This document shows positions 1-11,373 of a stretch of DNA of 64,000 bases, piece by piece. Where the stretch lies: assembly GCA_963737265.1 (NCBI GenBank), contig CAVTRY010000021.1:32001-96000 (forward strand), in the 5' to 3' direction. Origin of the DNA: an uncultured delta proteobacterium. GTDB taxonomy: Bacteria; Myxococcota_A; Polyangia; Fen-1088. Both the position numbers and the translations under genes were made by a program. Numbering within the stretch: position 1 is the first letter of the stretch; the number at the start of each line of letters is the position of its first letter. The notes under the pieces were generated by a model. The model was not told where the DNA came from. It worked only from the letters and a program-made list of their open reading frames with translations, and did no database searches.

Positions 1-71
1 GGTTGCTGACCCGCCTGCAGAACGCCGCCGCTGGTATCGACGGCGGCGGCAACGACATGCGATAGACGATC

Positions 72-524
72 CTATTTGCGAGACGCACGCAGCAGCTTGC
101 GCTCCAGTTTGCGCATGATTTCCGCCTCGTCGGGGCGATGGTGGTCATGTCCGAACAGGTGGCACAGCCCGTGAACGGCGAGGCGGGCCAGCTCACCAGG
201 TAGCCGAACCTTGCCGCTGCGCCTGAGCGCGGTCTCCACCGAAATCACGATGTCGCCGAGGAGAACGCCGTCGCCCGCCGGATCGTTTTCCCCTTTCAGC
301 TCTTGCTGGTGGAAGCTGAGCACGTCGGTGGCGCGGTCGAGCTTGCGGTAGTCGTGGTTGAGCCCGCGCATTTCCGCGTCGCAGGTGAGCAGCACCGTGA
401 CTGCGGAGCGCGCCCGGTCGAGCACGCGTAGAGCAGCGCGCAGACGGGCCGCGAGTTGCAGACGCGACGCGACATTGATGAGCTTGCGCGCCTCGGGCCG
501 GACCAGCACGTCGACCATGGTCAC
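72..524 (-). CDS. ybeY: rRNA maturation RNase YbeY
   Basis: TDVLSF, LGDIVIS and the metal-binding HGLCHLFGHDH motif; directly downstream of phoH. Confidence 0.95.
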   Translation of the reverse strand: MTMVDVLVRPEARKLINVASRLQLAARLRAALRVLDRARSAVTVLLTCDAEMRGLNHDYRKLDRATDVLSFHQQELKGENDPAGDGVLLGDIVISVETALRRSGKVRLPGELARLAVHGLCHLFGHDHHRPDEAEIMRKLERKLLRASRK

Positions 525-541
525 ATCGCGCGCTTGCCCTA

Positions 542-1576
<1,035 letters not shown>

Positions 1577-1655
1577 TGTGCTCCGTCCTCTGTAGCACGT
1601 TCACCGAACAAGAACCAGGCGGCAGTCTGTGGCAAGCGCGCTAGACTGCCGGCCC

Positions 1656-2495
1656 GTGAACGACGAAACGCCTTTGCCCACCGTGAGGCTCGATCCCTTG
1701 CCGGGAAAGCAAACCGGCGCCACCCTACCGCGCCTGGTGGGACTCATGCAGCGGTTGCTCGCCCCGGATGGCTGTCCCTGGGATCGCGAGCAGACCCTGG
1801 CCACGCTGCTGCCCTACCTTGTCGAGGAAACCTACGAGGTCGTCGATGCCCTGCAGGCCGGCGCCGTCTCGGACCACTGCGAGGAACTGGGCGATCTACT
1901 CTTGCAGGTGATCTTTCAGGCCGAGCTTCGCCACGCCGAAGGCGCGTTCGGCATCGACGAGGTTATCGAGGGAATCGTCAGCAAGCTGATCCGGCGCCAT
2001 CCGCACGTGTTCGGCGAGGTTCACGCGAAGAACGCCGACGAGGCGCTCGCGAGTTGGGCCAAGCTCAAGGCCCGCGAAAAGGCAAAGAAGGGCAAGAAGG
2101 GCGCGCTTGACGGCATCCCGCGCAGTGCCCCCGCCCTGGTGCGCGCCATGCGCGCGGGCGAGAAGGCCGGCGCGGTCGGCTTCGACTGGCCCGATGCCGC
2201 CGGTGTGCGCGACAAGGTGAACGAGGAGCTGGCCGAATTCGACGAGGCGTGCGCCGGCAACGATCGCGCGGCCATGACCCACGAGCTAGGCGACTTGCTT
2301 TTCGCAACCGTGAACCTGGCGCGCAAGCTGAACCTGGACGCCGAGCACGCCCTTCGCGAAGCGACCGATCGCTTTGGCCGTCGCTTTCGTCACATGGAAG
2401 AAACGCTGGAAGCCGACGGGCGCACGGTCAAGTCGGCGTCGGCGGAAGAGCAGAACGATCTGTGGGAAGCTGCGAAGAAGGCAGAACGCAGGTAG
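1656..2495 (+). CDS. mazG: nucleoside triphosphate pyrophosphohydrolase MazG
   Basis: GCPWDREQT, EETYE, EELGDLL, RRHPHVF, second ELGDLLF; start placed at GTG 1656 behind a TAGACT -10-like box (ORF track start 1629). Confidence 0.95.
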   Translation: MNDETPLPTVRLDPLPGKQTGATLPRLVGLMQRLLAPDGCPWDREQTLATLLPYLVEETYEVVDALQAGAVSDHCEELGDLLLQVIFQAELRHAEGAFGIDEVIEGIVSKLIRRHPHVFGEVHAKNADEALASWAKLKAREKAKKGKKGALDGIPRSAPALVRAMRAGEKAGAVGFDWPDAAGVRDKVNEELAEFDEACAGNDRAAMTHELGDLLFATVNLARKLNLDAEHALREATDRFGRRFRHMEETLEADGRTVKSASAEEQNDLWEAAKKAERR

Positions 2496-2553
2496 CCTGG
2501 CCACTTCCGCCGGGAATCCGAAGCCTTGAATTGAGGGCGAAGCCCGCGCTAGG

Positions 2554-3468
2554 CTAGGGGCTCCGGCCGAGGCCCAGGATGAGGCCGGTGCAGACGATCC
2601 ACAGGGCGATGGTGATGATGAGCGGCTTGTCCTTGAGGAATACCTCTTCCGGGCTGCCGCCGGCGTTGCGCGAGTGCGAGAGGTACACGTAGCGAAACAT
2701 CCCGAAGATGACGAACGGAACGGTGAGCATCATGAGGTTGTGGGCCGGCAGCTTGGGCGACGTGAAGGTATAGAGCGAGTACGCCATGATGGTCGACGAC
2801 GCGACGATGCTGATCAGGCTGTCAAGCAGCGACGGCGTGTAGAGCTCGAGAATCTTGCGGTGGTCGCCGGCGCGACCTTCCAGCAGCACGAGCTCGCCAC
2901 GGCGCTTGCAAAGCGCGAGGAACAGCGATCCGAGTAGCGTCACCGTGTAGAGCCATGGCGAGATCGAGGCGCCGATCACCACGCCGCCCGACACGGCGCG
3001 GATGACGAAGCCCAGCGCCAAGATGAACACGTCGAGCAGGACGATGTGCTTGAACACGAAGAGATAGCCCACCTGCATGACCAGGTAACCCGCCATCACC
3101 ACGGCGAAGAGCGGCTGGAGAAAGTAGGCGCCGACCAAGCACGCCGGGACGAGCAGCGCCGCCACCACCACCGCCATCCACGCGGGCAGCGCGCCGGAGG
3201 CGATGGGGCGGTTGCGCTTGGTGGGATGCTGGCGGTCATTCTCGACGTCGAGTACATCGTTGGCGAGGTAGACGGCGCTCGACACTAGCGAAAACAGGAC
3301 GAAAGCCACCGCCGCCCGCGACAGGTAGGTCCACATGGCCGGCGAGAACGGGAGCCAGCGCTCGTTGACGGTGAATACGAAGCCGGCGAACAAGAGCAGG
3401 TTCTTCACCCACTGCTTGGGTCGCATCGCCTTCAACAGGGCCCAAGGCAAGGATAGGGGCGCAGTCAT
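2554..3468 (-). CDS. UbiA-family prenyltransferase (decaprenyl-phosphate phosphoribosyltransferase-like)
   Basis: RPKQWVKN, NDVLDVENDRQHPTKRNRPIASG, multiple TM helices, GSPEE. Confidence 0.9.
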   Translation of the reverse strand: MTAPLSLPWALLKAMRPKQWVKNLLLFAGFVFTVNERWLPFSPAMWTYLSRAAVAFVLFSLVSSAVYLANDVLDVENDRQHPTKRNRPIASGALPAWMAVVVAALLVPACLVGAYFLQPLFAVVMAGYLVMQVGYLFVFKHIVLLDVFILALGFVIRAVSGGVVIGASISPWLYTVTLLGSLFLALCKRRGELVLLEGRAGDHRKILELYTPSLLDSLISIVASSTIMAYSLYTFTSPKLPAHNLMMLTVPFVIFGMFRYVYLSHSRNAGGSPEEVFLKDKPLIITIALWIVCTGLILGLGRSP

Positions 3469-3554
3469 TTCGCCGAACAGTAGCACGGGTCAGGCCATTA
3501 ATAGCGCGGGCCTCGCCCGCACAGCGAAGGCTTCATGTCGAGCCGATTCCCGAC

Positions 3555-4553
3555 CTACTCGCGCAAGGTTGGTTCCACCTGGAGAATCTGTTTCTTGAGG
3601 TCGCGGAGGACAGTCACTGTCGCCCCAACGCCAGCCTGCTCTTCGGTCAGCAGGCGGTGAAGGTCGTCGATGCCGGCGACTGGATGATCGCCGTAAGCGA
3701 CGATCAGGTCGCCGTCGTGCAGCCCGGCGCGCGCGGCAGGACTGTTGGGATCGACCGACACGACGAGCACGCAGCTTTCGCTGGCGAGGCTGTGAAAGCG
3801 GACCACGCGGCGATGCAGCGGCACATTTTGGCCGGCCACGCCCAAGAAAGATCGGCGAATGCGGCCTTCGTGAATGAGCTTGCCCATGACGAAGCCCGCT
3901 GTGTTGGCCGCGATGGCGAAGCAGATGCCTTGGGCGGGCAAGATCATCGCCGTGTTCACGCCGATGACCCGTCCCTGCGAATCCACGAGCGGACCGCCCG
4001 AATTGCCGGGATTCAACGCTGCATCCGTTTGAATGACGTCGTCGATGAGGTGGCCAGTTTTTGTGCGCAGGGATCGTCCGAGCGCGCTCACCACGCCAGC
4101 GGTGACCGTGCAATCGAAGCCGTAGGGGTTGCCTACCGCGATTGCCAGCTGGCCCACGCGCAGTGCTGACGAATCGGCAAAGCTCAGCGCCGTCAGTTTG
4201 GGCGCGTCGATTCGCACCAGCGCGATATCGGTATGGGGGTCGTCGCCGACCAAGTGGGCAGGCACGCGCTGCCCGTCGTGAAGGGTGACGTGAATCCGTT
4301 TTGCGCCGCTCACCACGTGGCTATTGGTCAGCACGTATCCATCGGGCGTCATCACAAACCCCGAACCACTGCCGGCCGCTTCGCCGGGCTCGTTACGCAC
4401 CCCGTTTCCTTGAGACGCCGGATCGGCAGCCCGGACTTCAATACGCACGACCGAAGGACTGACCTGCTCGGCCACCGCAGTTACCGTCTGCGAATAGGCG
4501 TCGAGTAACTCGCGGTCTCTTCTGTCGATTCCCGCAGCAATCGTCATGGACAT
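3555..4553 (-). CDS. HtrA/DegQ-family trypsin-like serine protease with PDZ domain
   Basis: GSGSGF, TNSHVV, IQTDAALNPGNSGGPL, C-terminal PDZ (SPAARAGL); GAGGAGG SD. Confidence 0.93.
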   Translation of the reverse strand: MSMTIAAGIDRRDRELLDAYSQTVTAVAEQVSPSVVRIEVRAADPASQGNGVRNEPGEAAGSGSGFVMTPDGYVLTNSHVVSGAKRIHVTLHDGQRVPAHLVGDDPHTDIALVRIDAPKLTALSFADSSALRVGQLAIAVGNPYGFDCTVTAGVVSALGRSLRTKTGHLIDDVIQTDAALNPGNSGGPLVDSQGRVIGVNTAMILPAQGICFAIAANTAGFVMGKLIHEGRIRRSFLGVAGQNVPLHRRVVRFHSLASESCVLVVSVDPNSPAARAGLHDGDLIVAYGDHPVAGIDDLHRLLTEEQAGVGATVTVLRDLKKQILQVEPTLRE

Positions 4554-4618
4554 GAGAACCTCCTCGTGGGGAGGTAATGGCTACCCTCCCCACATCGACG
4601 CCAAATCGACCGATCGGG

Positions 4619-5110
4619 CTACAAGGTCAGAACGCCCGTTCGGATGAGATAGGCGAGTCGCTCACGCTGGTCGTTTTTCAATAGTGCGTGGATGCGGCCG
4701 AGCGCCTTCGTCACTGCGTCGCGCAGCCGCTCTGCGGATGCGACACGCAAGTCCGCGGCCTCCTTGGCCCTGGCTTGGTCGAAGCTCTCGCCTCCGACCG
4801 CGTCGGCGAAGGCCGACAACGTGCGACGGCGATCCACTTCGGCCTGGGCTCGCTCGGTCTTGAGCTCGTCCAAGATCCGCGCCAGCTCGGTGACCTGACG
4901 TTCGTCCAATTCCAACTTGTAGGCGAGAAAGCGCAGTGGCCGCCGCACGCCGAACCCACCTTCGCCCTCACCGTCGCCACCGCCACCCGCACCATCGCCG
5001 CCCCCCGCCCATTCATGGCCCCGATGGCCGCCGGGACTGCAACTCCACGACGATTCTCCACCACAACGGCCGCGATGGGCGTGCCACCATGAAACAATAC
5101 CACTATGCAT
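4619..5110 (-). CDS. Spy/CpxP-like helical protein
   Basis: Gly-rich N-terminus then LELDERQ...LKNDQRERL helical pattern; AAGGAG SD before ATG 5110. Confidence 0.55.
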   Translation of the reverse strand: MHSGIVSWWHAHRGRCGGESSWSCSPGGHRGHEWAGGGDGAGGGGDGEGEGGFGVRRPLRFLAYKLELDERQVTELARILDELKTERAQAEVDRRRTLSAFADAVGGESFDQARAKEAADLRVASAERLRDAVTKALGRIHALLKNDQRERLAYLIRTGVLTL

Positions 5111-5240
5111 GTTCTCTGCTCCTTTCGCCGAGGCCATCAGCTCCCGGCGGGCTATTGGTGTCCGTGGGCACCATGCCACACGGATTGTCTGATCAAATCT
5201 AAGCGCCAAAATCCAATCGTCAATAGGCGAAAGTTAGCAG

Positions 5241-6302
5241 TTACGGTAAGCCCGGTAGCGGCATACGAATTTGGTATAGGGCGTTCAGGGTGGTCACGTA
5301 GAGAGTTCGGCGATCCGTGCCGCCGAAGCTACAATTCGACGGCCGGTGGAGCATGGGTATTGCGCCCAAGGAATGACCAAACGAATCGAAGACTTGGATG
5401 GCCATTAACTTGTCGTCGTTGTTGGCTATGTACAAATTCCCGACGTCGTCTACGCAGATGCCGTCGGGAACGGTGAGCCTTCCCGAGCTCGCGCCGTCGA
5501 TGAACAGGCTGGGAGCGCCCACGCCTCCCATGGCATCGACGGGCAGACGCCATACCTTGGCCTGGACATCGCTTCCCACGTACAGCTTCGATCCATCGGG
5601 AGACAGGACGATACCGTTCGGCTTTTCCACATCCAAGATACGCGAAAGTTCCCCGACTGGTGACACGCGATACACGCCCATGCGCGCGTGGCCGATAGCG
5701 GGTCGGGCGCCCCAGTCGCTGTCGGTGAAATAGATATTGCCGTCCCGTCGCACGACCAGATCGTTGGGCGCGGAAAGCGGCGCTCCCGTGGATCCCACTG
5801 GCCAGCGCTCGGCGAGCACCGACATTGCGCCGCCAACCTCGACGCGTATCAACCGTCCATTGTACCGCTCGCATGCGATCAAGCGGCCTTGCGTGTCGAC
5901 CGCCAGACCGTTGGTGCTGGTCGGGCCGGCCGACGGATAAGGAAAAGGCCAGAACCGACCGGAGACAGGATCGAGGCGATAGATCCGGGCCGCCGGCCCG
6001 TTGGACTCGACAACATCGGAGAAGAGCAGGTACCCGCCCCCTGCGACCCACAGCGGGCCTTCAAGCGACAAAAATGGGATCTGGCTTGCCAGTGCCTCTG
6101 GCGCGCCCGCCCCGGCAAACAGGTTGGCCGGCGAAGAGTGGCGCCCGTCGGCGGGCCAAGCCACGGGAGGGGCCGCCGGGGTCGATGTCGTCGAACACGA
6201 CAGCAGCAGCAAACAGCACGGAAGTCCGATCGGACACGCGGAAGCCGTGACGCTGCGCCGGAGACTACGACGTGATGGGCGATCTGGAATCAGCATGACC
6301 AC
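5241..6302 (-). CDS. SMP-30/gluconolactonase family lipoprotein
   Basis: Lipobox LLLSC; EGPLW, PNDLVV, PNGIVLSPDG, PDGICVD, SNCSFGG. Confidence 0.88.
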   Translation of the reverse strand: MVMLIPDRPSRRSLRRSVTASACPIGLPCCLLLLSCSTTSTPAAPPVAWPADGRHSSPANLFAGAGAPEALASQIPFLSLEGPLWVAGGGYLLFSDVVESNGPAARIYRLDPVSGRFWPFPYPSAGPTSTNGLAVDTQGRLIACERYNGRLIRVEVGGAMSVLAERWPVGSTGAPLSAPNDLVVRRDGNIYFTDSDWGARPAIGHARMGVYRVSPVGELSRILDVEKPNGIVLSPDGSKLYVGSDVQAKVWRLPVDAMGGVGAPSLFIDGASSGRLTVPDGICVDDVGNLYIANNDDKLMAIQVFDSFGHSLGAIPMLHRPSNCSFGGTDRRTLYVTTLNALYQIRMPLPGLP

Positions 6303-6367
6303 GATGAAAACACGAACCGGCGGTCATCACCACATCCGAGCGAAAGCCTGGTTGTCAGCTGTCCTGG

Positions 6368-6580
6368 CTAGCTTAGAAGGAACCGAAATCCCATGTAGCC
6401 GAGCATTCCCAAAGACAGCCCAAATTGAAGACGGTGCAGGACACGAAAGTTCGCCTCCACTTCGTCTCTAAATCGTTGTCGCCAAAGAGCGATGATGCCA
6501 AGAACAAGACCGAAAACGCAGCCGATGACGAGAGCATCCCACCGGCCCCACAACCGGTAGACCAGCGGCACCATACACAT
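6368..6580 (-). CDS. small hypothetical membrane protein (possibly a fragment)
   Basis: Hydrophobic helices in the gap between pgpA and the lactonase gene; start uncertain. Confidence 0.3.
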   Translation of the reverse strand: MCMVPLVYRLWGRWDALVIGCVFGLVLGIIALWRQRFRDEVEANFRVLHRLQFGLSLGMLGYMGFRFLLS

Positions 6581-6747
6581 CCCGCCGAGAGCCAGGCAAA
6601 CCAGGGCGAATGCAAAATCGAGAAGGCACCGTTCTGCGGTGCCTGCAGATCAGATGTCGCTGTGGTCGATTTGGTGACCTACTTCCTTCGCTCGCGCCTT
6701 GTGACCGAAGGCGAACGAAGTCTGCCGCATCGCCCCACGTGCGCTTG

Positions 6748-7203
6748 CTAAAGCCAGCCGATGCGGCGAACGATTAAGAGAACCAGCGCGCCCCACAGGC
6801 CGGCAAACACGTCGTCCATCACGACGCCCCACCCTTCGGGCAGGTTTTCTGCTTGGCGCGCGGGCCACGGTTTCCATTGGTCGAACACGCGGAAGAGCAC
6901 GACTCCAGCGAGGATGCCCTTCCAGTTGTTGGGCGCGGCTGCGAGAGTGATGAGAACACCGGCCGCTTCGTCGATACAGACGATCTGTGGATCCTTGAGC
7001 CCCGTCTTTCGGACTACTTCCGTCGCGGCCCAAACGCCTACCAAAGTAACCAAAACAGCGCCAGCCACGACTGCGAGCGGCCCACCTCGCGCCAGCAACA
7101 GGTAAAGAGGTATTGCGCCCAGCGTGCCGGCCGTGCCCGGCATCTTGGGAAAACGGCCACAACCGAACCAAATGGCGAGCAGGTAGGCCAGCCGGTATTT
7201 CAT
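6748..7203 (-). CDS. pgpA: phosphatidylglycerophosphatase A
   Basis: PGTAGTL, DPQIVCIDE, LFRVFDQWKPWP, GVVMDDVFAG. Confidence 0.93.
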   Translation of the reverse strand: MKYRLAYLLAIWFGCGRFPKMPGTAGTLGAIPLYLLLARGGPLAVVAGAVLVTLVGVWAATEVVRKTGLKDPQIVCIDEAAGVLITLAAAPNNWKGILAGVVLFRVFDQWKPWPARQAENLPEGWGVVMDDVFAGLWGALVLLIVRRIGWL

Positions 7204-7925
7204 GCGTCCTCGCCGAGCATGCGCCGAACTTCGGCGGTGTAGCCGGCGCCATCGTGTACGACGAGGGCTGGCTCAAGCCGCGTTTCCGCCGGTCCACGCC
7301 GGGCTTCGATCAAAATGCGGTTGGCTGCTTCATCCGCGCGAGGCACGACCGCGCGCGAACGAGCAATCGAAAATTCGCGGGCCCGCAAGCCGGCGCGCAA
7401 CTCCTCGCTGCGATCGAAGGGAAATATTGTGACCAGGCGGCCGTCGGGACGCAATGCCTTGGCCGCTACATCGAGCCACTCCTGCAGCGCCAGCGAGACT
7501 TCATGATTGGCCAGGGCTTTCTCAGAATGCGGCGACAGCACCCCGGTTGCAACCGGACGAAATGGCGGATTGGTGGTCACCAAGTCGAATGTCCGCGCGG
7601 CCACGCTGCCTTCCGTGCGTACGTCTCCGCTCACCACGTGAAACCGATCCCCGAAGTGGTTGTCCCGGATGCCCTGTTCGGCCAGGGCCGCTAAGCGCGG
7701 CTGAATCTCGACCCCGACCCCACGCGACGCCGGATCGCGCGCCAGCAGCAGAAACGAAAGCGCACCGCTGGCGCATCCGATGTCCAAGAAGAATCCAATG
7801 GGTGGCGCGATGAAGCCGGCCAGCAGCACCGGATCCAGGCTGCTGCGAAAACCGACGCGTGGTTGAAGGAGCTTCACGCGCCCGCGCAGAAGCGTGTCGC
7901 GGGTGATTTCCGAGTCCTCCGCCAT
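7200..7925 (-). CDS. tRNA1(Val) m6A37-type SAM methyltransferase (TrmN6/YfiC-like)
   Basis: QPRVGFRSSLDPVLLA, LDIGCASG, NPPF, HE motif; start at MAEDSE (7925). Confidence 0.85.
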   Translation of the reverse strand: MAEDSEITRDTLLRGRVKLLQPRVGFRSSLDPVLLAGFIAPPIGFFLDIGCASGALSFLLLARDPASRGVGVEIQPRLAALAEQGIRDNHFGDRFHVVSGDVRTEGSVAARTFDLVTTNPPFRPVATGVLSPHSEKALANHEVSLALQEWLDVAAKALRPDGRLVTIFPFDRSEELRAGLRAREFSIARSRAVVPRADEAANRILIEARRGPAETRLEPALVVHDGAGYTAEVRRMLGEDA

Positions 7926-7939
7926 GGTCCCTCCCGCGG

Positions 7940-9256
7940 TCACGCGGCAGGCGGTTGGTCGGCCCGAATCCTCTGCATCACCAGACCGGTGGCGAGCTTG
8001 GGCTGAAAATAGGTCGACTTCTGCGGAAGCACGAAGCCGGCTTCGCACGCGTCCAACACCTGATTCACCTTGGTGGCGTTCATGATGAACGCGGCCTGGG
8101 TCGCACCGCTGTCGATTCGGAACAGTGTTTCGCGCAGGTCGTGGCTGTAACTGAGGTTCCGCTGCGCGGCCATTGCCTCGGCGCCGATGCCAAGCAGCGG
8201 TTCCAAGATCAGACCATGCAGCACGCTCACATCCAAGCAACCCAGCGTGGGCGGCCCAAGGCGCGACAAGTCCGCATCCTGGCGCAGGCGCAACCAAGTC
8301 GTTCGGTCTCGGTTCGGCCGGCGTACGGCGAAGGTGACGGCGCCCTCGCCTTCACGGCGAAGACGCTCGCTGATGGCGGCGGCATCGCGCTCGTCGCCGG
8401 TCTCGACGCTGAACCAGGGCTCGCATCGTCCTGGCAGCGCATCGAGAATCTCCAAGGAAAGACCATGCACCATTCGGTGGGTGGGCAGGACCAACAATCC
8501 GGGATCCTCGGCGCGCGCGAAAAACATGGGTCCGAAATCCGCCTGTGACGCGCCCGGCGGCGCGGCCACGGGCCGGAGCGCATCGCGAATCGCCACCATG
8601 GTTTCGTAGCGATGGTGGCCGTCGGCAATCATGACTTGCTTGGGGGCCATCACGCGCGCGACTTCCGCGATGGTGAGTGGATCGGTCACCACCCATAGGC
8701 GATGCCGGCAACCGTCGGCGGTCGTGGCGTCAACGGCGGGCGCGCCCGCGGTGACGCGTTCGAGGGCCGACTCGGCCTCGCCCGCGGGATCGCGGTAGAG
8801 GGCGAAAATCTGCGAAAAATGCGCCTGGGTGGCCTTGATGAGGTTGAAGCGATCGACCTTGGGCCCCGACAGCGTGTGCTCGTGTGGCAACACCACCCGC
8901 GCGGAAAAAGGCGACAGCTCGATGAGCGCGATGAATCCTTTGCGCGCGTAGGTACGGAGCCCGGTGCCTGCATCGAAGGAGAACGTCTGTTCGTAGCGGT
9001 AGATCGCCGGCGCCGCGTCCTCGCGCAGGCTACCGTCGGCGATCCACGAATCCAGCAACTCGCGCGCGTGGAGATACTTCGCGTCGCCCTCGCCGCGCGG
9101 CAGATCCAGATGCACGATGTTGCGGGCGTGCTGCGCTTCGAGCTGCTTGCGCTGGTCGGCCGAGATCACGTCGTAAGGCGGTGCGATCACCTGCGCGGCG
9201 TCCGGCAGACGGGTAGTGTCGAAGCGAAGCGCGCGAAAGGCGGCTATCTTGAGCAT
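7940..9256 (-). CDS. DUF1015 family protein
   Basis: APPYDVI, LPHEHT, IADGHHRYET, LPQKSTYFQPKL. Confidence 0.9.
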   Translation of the reverse strand: MLKIAAFRALRFDTTRLPDAAQVIAPPYDVISADQRKQLEAQHARNIVHLDLPRGEGDAKYLHARELLDSWIADGSLREDAAPAIYRYEQTFSFDAGTGLRTYARKGFIALIELSPFSARVVLPHEHTLSGPKVDRFNLIKATQAHFSQIFALYRDPAGEAESALERVTAGAPAVDATTADGCRHRLWVVTDPLTIAEVARVMAPKQVMIADGHHRYETMVAIRDALRPVAAPPGASQADFGPMFFARAEDPGLLVLPTHRMVHGLSLEILDALPGRCEPWFSVETGDERDAAAISERLRREGEGAVTFAVRRPNRDRTTWLRLRQDADLSRLGPPTLGCLDVSVLHGLILEPLLGIGAEAMAAQRNLSYSHDLRETLFRIDSGATQAAFIMNATKVNQVLDACEAGFVLPQKSTYFQPKLATGLVMQRIRADQPPAA

Positions 9257-9305
9257 GGTCGTAATCTAGTTTTCCCGTGCGGGAAAGCCAAGCGCGATGC
9301 GTGCC

Positions 9306-10412
9306 TCACGCCGCCTGTTCGGGATACAGCCGCTTGAGGCCTTCTCGGGTTGCGGGACAGACGCCGCGCTCGGTAATGATGCCGGTGACCAGACGCGCCG
9401 GCGTGACGTCGAAGGCCGGGTTGGCGGCGGCGGTGCCTGCCGGAAGGATGTTCACGGTGGCGAGCGCGCCAAGGGCAGTGCGTCCGCGCACCCAGCGAAC
9501 CTCGTCGGCGCTGCGCTCTTCGATGGGGATCTGCGCCACGCCGTCGGCGATTTCCCAGTCGATGGTGGGGCCGGTCAGGGCGGCGTAAAACGGAACGCCG
9601 CAGTCATGGGCCGCCAGGGCTTTGAGATAGGTGCCGATCTTGTTGCACACGTCGCCCGTGGCGGTGGTGCGATCGGATCCGACGATGCACGCATCCACGT
9701 GGCCGTGTTGCATGAGGTGGCCGCCAGCGTTGTCCGCAATCACGGTGTGGGAAACGCCGTGCTGGCCGAGCTCCCACGCTGTGAGCGACGCGCCCTGGTT
9801 GCGCGGCCGGGTCTCGTCGACCCACACATGCAGCGGAATGCCAGCGTCGTGGGCCTTGTAGATGGGCGCGAGCGCGGTGCCGAAGTCGACCGTGGCCAGC
9901 CAGCCGGCGTTGCAATGGGTGAGCACGTTGAGGCGCCGGCCGGGATGCTTGCCGGCGATCTCGGTAAGGATCTGCTTACCGTACTCGCCGATGGATGAAC
10001 AGCTCGCCACATCCTCGTCACAGATCTCGCCCGCGCACTGAAACGCGGCGGCGGCACGCTCGGCGGCGGGAAGCGGCGCCACGGCGGCCACGATCTCGTC
10101 GGCTGCCCAGCGCAAATTGACCGCCGTCGGCCGAGCCGCGACGAGGCGCTCGCGCGCCGACCGCAACGCTGCGGTCGAACCGTCCGCTCGCAGCGCGAGA
10201 GCCATGCCGTAGGCACCAGTGGCGCCGATGAGAGGGGCGCCCCGCACAATCATGTCCGCAATGGCTCGCACGGCATCGTCGAGCGTCGACAGGCGAACCA
10301 GCGCGAATTCGTGCGGCAGCCGCGACTGATCGATGACTTCGATGGCGTTGCCGTCGTCCACCGGATAAATGGTTCGATAGTGTTTGCCGTCGACCTTCAT
10401 GGCATCAACCAA
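9306..10412 (-). CDS. mtnA: S-methyl-5-thioribose-1-phosphate isomerase
   Basis: VRGAPLIG, RPTAVNL, THCNAG, ETRPRNQGA, NKIGTY, NPAFDVTP. Confidence 0.96.
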   Translation of the reverse strand: MVDAMKVDGKHYRTIYPVDDGNAIEVIDQSRLPHEFALVRLSTLDDAVRAIADMIVRGAPLIGATGAYGMALALRADGSTAALRSARERLVAARPTAVNLRWAADEIVAAVAPLPAAERAAAAFQCAGEICDEDVASCSSIGEYGKQILTEIAGKHPGRRLNVLTHCNAGWLATVDFGTALAPIYKAHDAGIPLHVWVDETRPRNQGASLTAWELGQHGVSHTVIADNAGGHLMQHGHVDACIVGSDRTTATGDVCNKIGTYLKALAAHDCGVPFYAALTGPTIDWEIADGVAQIPIEERSADEVRWVRGRTALGALATVNILPAGTAAANPAFDVTPARLVTGIITERGVCPATREGLKRLYPEQAA

Positions 10413-11274
10413 GGTACTTACCGACGAGGGGCGCCAGGCGCTGGCGGACTTCGGCCGGAATCCTTCGCCGATCGCTCCAGATGGCCAGGCTCAGCGCGGA
10501 CTGACAATCGCACGGTGCCGCTGCTTGGGCGGCGACTTGGGGAATCGCGCGCCCGATCAGCGCCAGCGCGTTTTGCGTCGCAGCCTTCACGTTGCCGATG
10601 ATCTCCTCCAGCAGGCGTAGCTTGTCTGCGCTAGCCCCATGTTCGCGCCAGCAGTCGTAGTCCGTGGCCAGGGCCACCGCCGCGTAGCAAATCTCGGCCT
10701 CGCGCGCGAGCTTGGCCTCGGGCATGAGGGTCATGCCGATGAGATCGCCGCCCAAAGCTCGGTGCATTTCGCTTTCGGCGCGCGTGGAAAACTGCGGCCC
10801 TTCCATGCACACGTACGTGCCGCGCGAATGCAGCTTGACCGGCAAGCCGTCGCCCGCCTGGGAAAGTAACCCGCGCAAGGTCGGACAGAACGGCGTCGCC
10901 AGCTCCACGTGCGCGACCACCTCGTCGAAAAACGTCCCTGGCCGGCGGAAAGTCCTGTCGATGACTTGATCGGGCAGTACCAGGTCGCGCGGGGCGATGT
11001 TCTCGCGCAAGCTGCCCACGGCGGCGCTGGCCAGGATATGCGTCACGCCGAGGGTCTTGAGCGCGAAGATGTTGGCGCGATAGGGAACCGTCGAAGGACC
11101 GAGCAGATGTCCTTCTCCGTGGCGCGACAGCAACGCAACCGGTACGTCTCCAACCTGGGTGGTGACGATGGGGCCTGAAGGCATGCCGAACGGCGTGTCG
11201 ATGGTGTGGCTCTGCCCAGCGCCGAGCCCACCCAGTACCTCGCCGAGGCCCGTACCGCCGATAATGCCGATCAT
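10405..11274 (-). CDS. mtnP: S-methyl-5'-thioadenosine phosphorylase
   Basis: IGIIGGTG, RHG, EGPQFSTRAES, MTLMPEAKLAREAE, TDYDCW; AGGAGG SD. Confidence 0.94.
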   Translation of the reverse strand: MIGIIGGTGLGEVLGGLGAGQSHTIDTPFGMPSGPIVTTQVGDVPVALLSRHGEGHLLGPSTVPYRANIFALKTLGVTHILASAAVGSLRENIAPRDLVLPDQVIDRTFRRPGTFFDEVVAHVELATPFCPTLRGLLSQAGDGLPVKLHSRGTYVCMEGPQFSTRAESEMHRALGGDLIGMTLMPEAKLAREAEICYAAVALATDYDCWREHGASADKLRLLEEIIGNVKAATQNALALIGRAIPQVAAQAAAPCDCQSALSLAIWSDRRRIPAEVRQRLAPLVGKYLG

Positions 11275-11373
11275 TCGCGTCCTCCTGTCATGCCGTGGAA
11301 CCCAGGAGAGTGCCCGGTTGCGAATGCCAGTGCAAGACTGTCGCCGCGATGCCGGAGGCGATGGCAACGCAAT

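Noticed and set aside
7926-8297. N-terminal extension of the methyltransferase ORF
   Set aside because: Overlaps the DUF1015 gene in another frame; better start with SD at 7925
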